A DNA stretch of 64,000 bases from Macrostomum lignano (taxonomy: Eukaryota), in contig NIVC01002390.1 in NCBI GenBank assembly GCA_002269645.1, positions 2,652 through 66,651 of the forward strand, given 5' to 3'. The notes beneath the pieces were generated by a model. It had not been told where the DNA came from and did not search any database. It was given only the letters and a program-made list of their open reading frames with translations. Positions 23,171 to 34,400 of the stretch are shown here, in pieces; position 1 is the stretch's first letter, and the number at the start of each line of letters is the position of its first letter. Position numbers and translations under genes: made by a program.

Positions 23171-23519
23171 ATTGAGTTCACTGTAGATAAACTAGTACCT
23201 ATTGAGCCACCTATTTCGCTACGGCTTCCTATCAGTACTTTGTGTAATATGGTTACCTTGTTCCCAAATGGACTGTTTTGATTACAGTGTCAATTATTAT
23301 TAACTTGTTACATTAGTCCTGTGTTCTCTGCGCTGCACTTTTGCATTATTGGATCAAAAGGCTTGCTCCTCCTTCCATTTTTGACTGCACTGTCACTCAT
23401 TAATTGCTCTATTAATACACTGGTTTAGTAAAGTAAGTGTATTGCGTTATGTTTATGCTCATTGTTTGTTGTATTAATAAATAGCCCTATGTAGCAAAAG
23501 TATTATTGCGAAGAATCCC

Positions 23520-23880
23520 CCAAACCGAAATCCCCCTCCCAACTTGGAATCGCCCCACCCCCCGATCCCCTAAACCGGAATCACTCCCGCGACTCGGGTA
23601 CACCCTCCCCCCAACTCGGAATCCCCCCCGACTCAGGTACACCCTCCCCCCCCGACTCGGGTACACCCTCCCCCAACTCGGAATCCCCCCCCCCGACTCA
23701 GGTACACCCTCCCCCCCCGACTCGGGTACACCCTCCCCCCAACTCGGAATCCCCCCCCGACTCAGGTACACCCCCCAACTCAGAATCGCCCCCCCGACTC
23801 AGGTACACCCCACAAACCGGAATCGCCCCCCCCGACTCAGGTACACCCCCCACTCAGAATCGCCCCTCCCCAACTCCCAG
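23520..23880. repeat. C-rich minisatellite (ccccccgactcaggtacaccct / aactcggaatc)
   Basis: Mixed ~20-25 bp units just upstream of the MFSD13A ATG; G-runs on the minus strand. Confidence 0.85.
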
Positions 23881-23976
23881 AACCAATTTCCTTATCACAA
23901 ATTGCAGCTAACAGCACTCGCAGTCAAACAAAAGCAAGAAAGACTAGAAGACGGCCGCTTCTAATCCGGTGAGAAA

Positions 23977-26467
23977 ATGCTATCCAGCCTGAAGTCTCTG
24001 GACAGGGGCTCCTTGGCATTTGCATCCATCACTGTCGGCCTTAGCCTGGTAAATTCGCCGTTCAATTTTTTCTACGTGAAAGTCTTCCTAGAAGTTTTCG
24101 GTGTGCTCGAATCGGACTTTCAAATTGTTCAGATACTATTCCTTGTGTGGAACACCATCAATGATCCTTTGTTTGCTTATTTCCTGGACAAGCGCCAGTC
24201 CGGTTTGTGTTGCAGAACCCGGCGTTCGTCTATCAAAATCGGCGCTCCGTTGCTTGGCATTATCTATGCTATCACCTGGTTACCATGGGGACAGCCAGAC
24301 ACGCGCTCTGTCGGCATCCAGCTGTTTTTTGCTCTTTGCCTATACGATTCGGTGTTTACATTTGTAGCATTGGCTCAGTGCGCAGTCTTTGCTGAGATGT
24401 CCACCTGCTACGATCGACGGTTGGAGACTAAGAAGTATCAGGTGCTTTGCAGCTTTGTTTATTCATGATTGATTGATTAGTTGATTGAGTCGATCGCGGT
24501 AGCAAGGTTTTTCAAGGCAGACAGGCGTGCGATGCGTGCGCGATTGAGCGGGGCAGGGAGTGGAGTGAGGTGGGTGCGCGATTGAGCTGGGCAGGGAGTG
24601 GAGCGAGGTGGGGTGCAGCGATTGGCTGAGCGGGGCAGGCAGTGGCGTGAGGTGGGTGCGCGATTGAGCGGGGCAGGGAGTGGAGTGAGGTGGGTGCGCG
24701 ATTGAGCGGGGCAGGGAGTGTAGTGAGGTGGGTACGCGATTGAGCGGGGCAAGGAGTGGAGTGAGGTGGGTGCGCGATTGAGCGGGGCAGGGAGTGGAGT
24801 AAGGTGGGTGCGCTATTAAGTGGGGTAGGGAGTGGAGTGAGGTGGGTGCACTATTAAGTGGGGTAGGGAGTGTAGTGAAGTGGATGCGCGATAAAGCGGG
24901 GCAGGGAGTGGAGTGAGGTGGGTGCGTAATGGATTGGTGATGAAGTGGTATCGTGTAGTTAGATGGGTAAGCGCAAGCACGTGAATTCGTTTGTGCTATT
25001 TTTATGACTCCGCAAATTGTCTCCTTACCCTACCCAGGTGATGGGCAGCTTGACCGTGTCCTGGTCCGTAGCCTTTCTAAATTTAATCTCGCACAATCTG
25101 GCCGATTTCCGTAGCTTCCAGCTTGGCTGTTTGGTCCTTGCTGTCTTGGCAACTGTGTTTGTCTACATTGGCGGTCGCTATTCCTCATCGGTTTACGACA
25201 AGCAGCAGGCGCAGCTTGATCAGGACAGTCACCGAACTGAGTCTGGCTGCGTCGAGGCCGATGCCGCTTGTCAATCAACCGCCGACGCCAGCCTGTCTGT
25301 TCAGCTGCGTCAGATTGTGCTACAGCGCGACTTTTTAGCATTTGTGGTCACCAATTTTCTGCAGATATTTGAGGCCAGCATGTGGGCGAATTTCCTGTCA
25401 ATATTCATGGAGCCGCTGGGCCCGGCCAGCCCGCTGCAGCGAAGCGGAGCCTACCTGCTGATCTCTCTGCTCCCGGCTGTGAGTTTCGCTGCGGCTCAAC
25501 GTCATTGGGCCCCGCCCTCCCAGATTCTCAGTTGCTGAGCCAGCCTCCCAGATCCTCAGTTGCTGAGCCAGCCTCCCAGATCCTCAGTTGCTGAGCCAGC
25601 CTCCCAAATCCTCAGTTGCTTGGCTAGCTTCCCAGATCCTCAGTTGCTGAGCCAGCCTCCCAGATCCTCAGTTGCTGAGCCAGCCTCCCAAATCCCCAGT
25701 TGCTTGGCTAGCTTCCCAGATCCTCAGTTGCTGAGCCAGCCTCCCAAATCCCCAGTTGCTTGGCTAGCTTCCCAGATCCTCAGTTGCTGAGCCAGCCTCC
25801 CAGATCCTCAGTTGCTGAGCCAGCCTCCCAGATCCTCAGTTGATGTGCCAGCCTCCTCAGTTGCTGGGCCAGCTGAGTAATCACATATTAATCCGCAGCT
25901 CATATAAATCTCTTCATTTAGCTGGCCGTCATCGGCGGACTCCCGCTAATCCGGCGGTTCGGCCACCATCGGGCTGTGCTGCTCAGTCTGGTGTTCAAAG
26001 TGGCGGCCGGCCCGCTGCTCCACCTCACAGGAGTTCTGGCCTTGTCGCGCACAATGTTCGCAGTCTACTCTGTCGCTTGCTGCAGCTTGAACTCGGCCGC
26101 ATTCAGCCTGTTCGACCTGCCCCTAAGCGAGCTGGTCGATCGCGATCGACTTGTCAATTCGCGCCGCCTGCCGCTCTCGTCGACAGTATTCGGATTGAAC
26201 GCTTTAGTCACAAAGCCGGCTATTAGTCTGGCGCCACTGGTTGTGGTGCAATTGTTAAACATGCGCGGCTATCAAACCTATAGGTCAGCCGCGTCTAACT
26301 CCTTTGGTTCAGCTGACGCCGGCGGGCTGACTTGTCCGCAAGCTCTATCGAACACGATGCTCATGCTGGCCTGCTACCTGCCCGCTGTTATTGGCTGCCT
26401 ACAGCTTATCAGTTGGAGCTTTTATCGCATCAGATCAAAATCTAACCTATTGCAGGCTCAAATTTAA
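23977..26467 (+). CDS. MFSD13A: MFS-type membrane protein MFSD13A/TMEM180-like, ~483 aa
   Basis: Exons 23977-24441, 25038-25478, 25922-26467, all phase 0 GT-AG. Multiple hydrophobic TM segments; family motifs FLVWNTINDPLF, LCLYD..FT.V, DF.AFVVTNF.QIF, LVD.D, FGLNALVTKP..SLAP. Confidence 0.85.
24525..24925. repeat. G-rich minisatellite, 38-44 bp unit, MFSD13A intron 1
   Basis: About 10 copies of gcgattgagcggggcagggagtggagtgaggtgggt. Confidence 0.9.
25518..25860. repeat. minisatellite, 28-bp unit, MFSD13A intron 2
   Basis: About 12 copies of cctcccagatcctcagttgctgagccag. Confidence 0.9.
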
Positions 26468-26554
26468 CAATATTGTCTAATTTTAACTTGTTAAGGTCTC
26501 TTCATGCAGTCTGGTCAGGCCGGAGAGTAGCGTAAGGTGGGTTCAGTGACTGGA

Positions 26555-26845
26555 TGAGCGGGGCAGAGAGTGGAGTGAGGTGGGGTGCAACGATTGGCTG
26601 AGTGGGGCAGGGAGTGGAGTGACGTGGGGTGTAGCGATTGGCTGAGCGGAGCAGGGAGTGGAGTGAGGTGGTTTGCAGCGATTGGCTGAGCGGAGCAGGG
26701 AGTGGAGTGAGGTGGTTTGCAGCGATTGGCTGCGCGAAGCAGGGAGTGGAGTGAGGTGGTTTGCAGCGATTGGCTGAGCGGAGCAGGGAGTGGAGTGAGG
26801 TGGTTTGCAGCGATTGGCTGCGCGGGGCAGGGAGTGGAGTGAGGT
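26555..26845. repeat. G-rich minisatellite, 44-bp unit, 3' of MFSD13A
   Basis: About 6.5 copies; same core as the 24525-24925 array. Confidence 0.9.
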
Positions 26846-27487
26846 AAAAGCGCGGTCGTAGATAGGCTCGTGCGGTAGATCTAGACAGTCGTCTAGTTAT
26901 TCAACCGTAACAAAAGGCAGGTATATTATATTAATGTGGCTTGAAAAAAGACAGTTTGCATAGCACAATTTGTTTTTAATCATTTGAATCTTGTGCTAAG
27001 CTACAAGTAGCTTATATTTAATTTTAAATAATTTTATTGTCAAGCTGGTATACAGAAATGAACTCAAATGATAGATATTTACAGAGAAGTGTCTTTATTG
27101 CTTTCCATTGAACGACAGATATCATACGTAGCAAGATTTTATTTCTCTATTTAGCAATTTTTCTGTAAAAGTTTTTCTGTTTGTAAATTATTTTCCAGCT
27201 CAATTTTGGACTGGTTTATTGGGCTGTGCGAGTTTACTTCAGCAGACATCACTAGCGGTTGTGCACATCGCAGCCAGTTATTATTTTCATTTGTTATGAA
27301 CTGCTACCATACGTCGTATAGTTAAAAATAAAAAGATATAAACTGCTATATTCGCACGGAATCGCAACGCCATCAGTTCAGCGCCAAAATATCTAAAACT
27401 GTTCAAGCGCGTCAACTTGTTTGGGATTTTGGGATGGAGCCATGGGAGCCTAATTGATATGCGGCGGTTTTCAATCAAGTTACAAAT

Positions 27488-28060
27488 TCATGCAGAAGGG
27501 CGTGCAGCATGTGATTTCCAGCCTGTCAAACTTCCACCAGCTGGCCTCTCGCTCGCCTGCTGCCCGTCCTTGACCTTGCCGCTGTCGACTGACACCCTCG
27601 CCACCTGGGCTCGGCCCTTTGATGGCGCCGCCGCCGCTGCCTGCGAAGACTCCGCTGCCCTGGCCATGCGGATTCGATCGGCCAGTGACAGCCGCCTCCA
27701 GGCGTCCGCTTCGTCCTCGCTGCTGGACGAGCCGCCGTCCCGCCCGCAGCTCCGCCTATCCGCCGTGGCCCGAGCGTGCATCCGGCGCACAAATTCCGGT
27801 CGGAAATACTTGGCGTCGACCGCGGCCTGCGCCGGCTGCGGCACTGACCAAGTCGACCGCCTCCGCTGGTCGCTTTTGTCGTTTTGAACAGCGGCGTTGG
27901 CCGACGAGGTCGTCTCGGGTTCGAGTTCCACGTACCGGCAAGGCGGCGGCAGCTTTGGCTGTCGTGGTTGAGAGTCCTGCCTCTTTCGCCTGGCTCGGCT
28001 AGTCTGCTGCTGCTGCTTGCGGGTCTCCGCAGCAGTTTTAGAGGCTCGGTAAAACGGCAT
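27488..28060 (-). CDS. candidate orphan protein/exon (190 aa; polyQ, SSSSEDE)
   Basis: GC-rich non-repetitive ORF whose composition resembles the real exons of this window; AATAAA on the minus strand near 27093-27098. No homology recognised. Confidence 0.4.
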   Translation of the reverse strand: MPFYRASKTAAETRKQQQQTSRARRKRQDSQPRQPKLPPPCRYVELEPETTSSANAAVQNDKSDQRRRSTWSVPQPAQAAVDAKYFRPEFVRRMHARATADRRSCGRDGGSSSSEDEADAWRRLSLADRIRMARAAESSQAAAAAPSKGRAQVARVSVDSGKVKDGQQASERPAGGSLTGWKSHAARPSA

Positions 28061-28372
28061 TGAGAATTGAATACCTGGCTGAATTGCTGGGCATCCGGCG
28101 GGAGAAGTCCAATAATAGATTGCTTATATATTGGTCTGGCTGGGCAAGCATTGTTCAACTGGGCTGTCCGCCCCAATCTGGCCAGCTGGCCTTGGCCGGC
28201 GAGCAAACTTAGCGGCCAGCGGAGCGGTAAACAGACCAGGCTCTTCGCCCGAGTCATGGAGATCTGCACTCGTGGGTACATAGCATCTGGATTGATGGGG
28301 GCATTGGGAGGGGGTTGCAACTGGCGACTGACGCTCCGACGCTAGGCGCCTAGTCGCGCTAACACCCCGAGC

Positions 28373-29945
28373 GCTAATGCCAGTGGCGCCAATGCCAGTG
28401 GCGCTAATTCCAGTGACGCCAATGCCAGTGGCGCTAATGCCAGTGACGCCAATGCCAGTGACGCCAATGTCAATGGCGCTAATGCCAGTGACGCCAATGT
28501 CAATGGCGCTAATGCCAGTGACGCCAATGCCAGTGACGCCAATGTCAATGGCGCTAATGCCAGTGGCGCCAATGCCAGTGGCGCTAATTCCAGTGACGCC
28601 AATGCCAGTGGCGCTAATGCCAGTGACGCCAATGCCAGTGACGCCAATGTCAATGGCGCTAATGCCAGTGACGCCAATGCCAGTGACGCCAATGTCAATG
28701 GCGCTAATGCCAGTGACGCCAATGCCAGTGACGCCAATGCCAATGGCGCTAATGCCAGTGACGCCAATGCCAATGGCGCTAATGCCAGTAGCGCTAATGC
28801 CAGTGACGCCAATGCCAATGGCGCTAATGCCAGTGATGCCAATGCCAGTGACGCCAATGTCAGCGGCGTCATGAATGCCAGTAGCGCTAATGCCAGTGAC
28901 GCCAATGCCAGTGACGCCAATGCCAATGGCGCTAATGCCAGTGACGCCAATGCCAATGGCGCTAATGCCAGTGACGCCAATGCCAATGGCGCTAATGCCA
29001 GTGATGCCAATGGCAGTGACGCCAATGTCAGCGGCGCCATGAATGCCAGTAGCGCTAATTCCAGTGACGCTAATGCCAGTGACGCCAATGCCAGTGACGC
29101 CAATGTCAATGGCGCTAATGCCAGTGACGCCAATGCCAGTGACGCCAATGTCAATGGCGCTAATGCCAGTGACGCCAATGCCAGTGACGCCAATGCCAGT
29201 GACGCCAATGTCAGCGGCGCCATGAATGCCAGTAGCGCTAATTCCAGTGACGCTAATGCCAGTGACGCCAATGTCAATGGCGCTAATGCCAGTGACGCCA
29301 ATGCCAGTGACGCCAATGCCAATGGCGCTAATGCCAGTGACGCCATGAATGCCAGTGACGCCAATGCCAATGGCGCTAATGCCAGTGACGCCATGAATGC
29401 CAGTGACGCCAATGCCAATGGCGCTAATGCCAGTGATGCCAATGCCAGTGACGCCAATGCCAATGGCGCTAATGCCAGTGACGCCATGAATGCCAGTGAC
29501 GCCAATGCCAATGGCGCTAATGCCAGTGATGCCAATGCCAGTGACGCCAATGCCAATGGCGCTAATGCCAGTGACGCCATGAATGCCAGTGACGCCAATG
29601 CCAATGGCGCTAATGCCAGTGACGCCATGAATGCCAGTGACGCCAATGCCAATGGCGCTAATGCCAGTGATGCCAATGCCAGTGACGCCAATGCCAATGG
29701 CGCTAATGCCAGTGACGCCATGAATGCCAGTGACGCCAATGCCAATGGCGCTAATGCTAGTGATGCCAATGCCAGTGACGCCAATGCCAATGGCGCTAAT
29801 GCCAGTGACGCCATGAATGCCAGTGACGCCAATGCCAATGGCGCTAATGCCAGTGATGCCAATGCCAGTGACGCCAATGTCAGCGGCGCCATGAATGCCA
29901 GTAGCGCTAATTCCAGTGATGCCAATGTCAGCGGCGCCAGTGCCA
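28373..29945. repeat. compound 9/15-bp minisatellite (gccagtgacgccaat / gccaatggcgctaat)
   Basis: About 1.57 kb; all unit variants are multiples of 3, so three frames stay open. Confidence 0.95.
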
Positions 29946-30789
29946 GGGACGCCAGTACCAGGAGCGTTATTGCTAGGGCTGCCGAAGCTAATGACAAGGG
30001 GCTCCATATAAATAATCTTGCCTGCCTTCTTTGGGGGCGCCGTTTCCAGACCAGACAGCACAGTCCTAGTAGTCCATAGCGGAGGCATAGGCCAAAGCCA
30101 TAGCTATCAATGCTCCCCACCTACCCACAAGCCAGAGATTAATAGCTAAGCAAGTAAAGCTTAGTGCTCCGCTGGGCCAGCGGGCAAACACTCGACAGGA
30201 CTGGGCAAGCAAGACTTATGAATTATGAGTTACATGCCGGCGAGTACAATGGCAAACAATGATATGTGGCTGCCAAAAATACTGTCAATCAAAATGAAGA
30301 TTGATAATCAAAGCGTATGCGACCATTTTTAATAAATATATATACACAACTATGCGCATAGAAAAAGCTGGGCTATAAATATAGAGCAATATCGCGCACT
30401 TTGATTAATATATGTATTTCTCTGCATTATAGTTTCAACTATATTTATATATAAATAATCACTGAGTCATAAATACATAATTGCTTTATCTACATAAGGG
30501 GGCCGGCAGCCTCAGGTTGACTAGGCGACGGTTAGTAGACAGATTAATCAGCGCACACTTGCGAAGCTAACAATATATGGAACTCTTTATCTAATATTAA
30601 GGAGTTAGCAGATTAAGGCAGATTTTATAGTGAGCAACTTTTTTAAAATATGAAACTATTATTAGTAGAATGAATATTTTACCAAGTATAAATAAATAAA
30701 ATATAATCTTTAGTACCTTCAGTTGTTAGTACCATGGTCAAAAAACTTTTTGTCAGGGGGCCAAGGGTCCTACACTGAGCGTAGCGCCA

Positions 30790-31362
30790 ATTTAGCGCCA
30801 CAAGCTAGACTTTGGCGCTGCAGTCTATGTAGATTTTAGCGCCGCAGGCTAGAGTTTAGCGTTGCAGGCTAGAGTTTAGCGCTGCAGACTAGAGTTTAGC
30901 GCCGCAGGCTAGAGTTTAGCGCCGCAGGCTAGAGTTTAGCGCCGCAGGCTAGAGTTTAGCGCCGCAGGCTAGAGTTTAGCGTTGCAGGCTAGAGTTTAGC
31001 GTTGCAGGCTAGAGTTTAGCGCTGCAGACTAGAGTTTAGCGCCGCAGGCTAGAGTTTAGCGCCGCAGGCTAGAGTTTAGCGTTGCAGGCTAGAGTTTAGC
31101 GTTGCAGGCTAGAGTTTAGCGCCGCAGGCTAGAGTTTAGCGTTGCAGGCTAGAGTTTAGCGCTGCAGGCTAGAGTTTAGCGTTGCAGGCTAGAGTTTAGC
31201 GCTGCAGACTAGAGTTTAGCGCCGCAGGCTAGAGTTTAGCGCCGCAGGCTAGAGTTTAGCGCCGCAGGCTAGAGTTTAGCGCCGCAGGCTAGAGTTTAGC
31301 GCCGCAGGCTAGAGTTTAGCGCTGCAGGCTAGAGTTTAGCGCCGCGGGCTAGAGTTTGGCGC
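30790..31362. repeat. minisatellite, 20-bp unit (gcaggctagagtttagcgcc)
   Basis: About 28 copies just downstream of the furry stop codon. Confidence 0.95.
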
Positions 31363-31458
31363 CAATTTACCACCGCAGGCACCTGACTCCTTGGCCTTCC
31401 CTGGATCACTATAGTTAAGCAATAATCTCAAATGTCAGGGGGACAACATATGATTGCG

Positions 31459-34400
31459 TCACAGGCTGCCGCTATCGGCAGATTCCAGCTCCTGCAGCGC
31501 GGCGGCCACCTGCAGCTGGTCATTGCGCAGGTAGCGAACCCGTTCCTCGAAGGCCACCTCGGCAGGCAGGCGGAGGCACAGCATCGGCTCGCGCTCTCTG
31601 GCCAGGTGTTCGCAGTACAGCCGCAGCAGCTGGTCCTGGTCCAGCAGTTTAATAGCGTCCTGATAGCGGCCCTGCAGCAGGCAGTCCAGCGGAGTCTGGC
31701 TGGCAATGGGAGCTGACAGGCTGCCGGGGCCCAGGTTGAACTTCGCCTGCCTCAGCCTGTCGCGGACGCCGGCCAACTCGCGGACAATTTCCTGGTCTGG
31801 CGACATTGGCAACTGGTCCACCGCTTTTGAGAACGCTTCGTGCAATGTTACAGCCTGGAAAATGTTCATTTCGATACATATCGGTTGGAAATGTTAACTG
31901 GCTATAGGAATTCGATATGGAACTCTGATCATGATAATTATATAATTTTATAATCTATATAAAATCAGTTAATTTCAGAAGAAATGACTCGCCATTAAGA
32001 AAAAATGACCCGTCATTCAACAGAAATGACCCGTCATTCAAAAGAAATGACCCGTCATTCAACAAAAATGACCCGTCGTTCAAAACAAATGACCCGTCAT
32101 TCAACAGAAATGACCCGTCATTCAACAGAAATGACCCGTCATTCAACAGAAATGACCCGTCATTCAAAAGAAATGACCCGTCATTCAACAGAAATGACCC
32201 GTCATTCAAAAGAAATGACCCGTCATTCAAAAGAAATGACCCGTCATTCAACAAAAATGACCCGTCGTTCAAAACAAATGACCCGTCATTCAACAGAAAT
32301 GACCCGTCATTCAACAGAAATGACCCGTCATTCAACAGAAATGACCCGTCATTCAACAGAAATGACCCGTCATTCAACAGAAATGACCCGTCATTCAACA
32401 GAAATGACCCGTCATTCAACAGAAATGACCCGTCATTCAACAAAAATGACCCGTCGTTCAAAACAAATGACCCGTCATTCAACAGAAATGACCCGTCATT
32501 CAAAACGAATGACCCTTCATTCAAAACAAATGACCCGTCATTCAAAACAAATGACCCTTCATTCAAAACAAATGACCCGTCATTCAACAGAAATGACCCG
32601 TCATTCAACAGAAATGACCCGTAATTCAAAACAAATGACCCTTCATTCAAAACAAATGACCCGTCATTCAAGACAAATGACCCTTCATTCAAAACAAATG
32701 ACCCGTCATTCAAGACAAATGACCCTTCATTCAAAACAAATGACCCGTAATTCAAAACAAATGACCCTTCATTCAACAGTAATGACCCTTCATTCAAAAC
32801 AAATGACCCGTCATTCAACAGAAATGACCCGTAATTCAAAACAAATGACCCGTCATTCAACAAAAATGACCCGTCATTCAAAACGAATGACCCGTCATTC
32901 AAAACAAATGACCCGTCATTCAACAGAAATGACCCGTAATTCAAAACAAACGACCCGTCGTTCAAAACAAACGACCCGTCATTCAACAAAAATGACCCGT
33001 CATTCAACAAAAATGACCCGTCATTCAACAGTAATGACCCGTCATTCAAAAGAATAAACCGTCATTCAACAGAAATGACCCGTCATTCAAAAGAATAAAC
33101 CGTCATTCAACAGAATAAACCGTCATTCAACAGAAATAACCCGTCATTCAACAGAAATGACCCGTCATTCAACACAAATGACCCGTCATTCAACAGAATA
33201 AACCGTCATTCAACAGAAATAACCCGTCATTCAACAGAAATGACCCGTCATTCAAAACAAATGACCCGTCATTCAAAAGAATAAACCGTCATTCAACAGA
33301 ATAAACCGTCATTCAACAGAAATAACCCGTCATTCAACACAAATGACCCGTCATTCAAAAGAATAAACCGTCATTCAACGGAATAAACCGTCATTCAACA
33401 GAATAAACCGTCATTCAACAGAAATGACCCGTCATTCAACAGAAATGACCCGTCATTTAACAGAATTGACCCGTCATTCAACAGAATTGACCCGTCATTC
33501 AACAGAAATGACCCATTAGAGCAATGATTCACCGTTCAGATGAGCATCTCATGCAGTCAACTATTCAACTGTTGAAATGACCCGAACCTTGAGCCCAATT
33601 GTGGCCAGCCTATACTACTATTGAGTAGAAATAGGCAGGTGAAAACTCTAACCTGCAGACACAACCGGTTGAGCCCTCTGGCCAGTTTAAGCTGGTTGGC
33701 CTCCGACTGGCCGCTAGCCGACTGTCCGAACGCCACCTCGGCCACCCGTTCGGTGCAGGCATCCCTGGAGGCGCGAAACGTTTCAAACCGGTCGCGCAGC
33801 TGCAGCAGGACGTAGCGCTGGCTGTCAGCGTGGCTGGCACTCACGGCCGGGCTGATGTGGACAAACGGCAGCGAGATGGCGCGGAGGCTGTCAGCCAGGC
33901 GGCATAGCGGATCGGCCAGGGCAGCCGGCAGCCACGGCCGGACGGAGGCGCAGAGGCCGCTAAGCCGGTCGCCGGCCTCGGACACCACAGGCGGCCAGAG
34001 CTGGTAAAGTTCGCCTAGGCGGTCCGGCGGCAGGCTGGAGGCTTTGCTGGCGAACTCCTGGCGCAGCAGATTAGGGGGGGGGGGGTGGAACTCATGCGAG
34101 TGCTGGATTCTGTGATCCGAAACTGGAATTTTAGAATCTTAATTCACGAAATACCGCATCTCGAATCCTAGAATCCCACATCTCAAATCCCAGAATCCTA
34201 CATCCCGAATCCCAGAATCCCACATCTCAAATCCCAGAATCCCACATCTCGAATCCCAGAATCCCACATCTCAAATCCCAGAATCCCACATCCCGAATCC
34301 CACATCTCAAATCCCAGAATCCCACATCTCGAATCCCAGAATCCCACATCTCAAATCCCAGAATCCCACATCCCGAATCCCAGAATCCCACATCTCAAAT

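Noticed and set aside
30770-31382. 3'UTR intron around the 20-bp array downstream of furry
   Set aside because: A donor (CAG|GTGCCT) exists, but the acceptor lacks a pyrimidine tract and no nearby canonical poly(A) signal was found.
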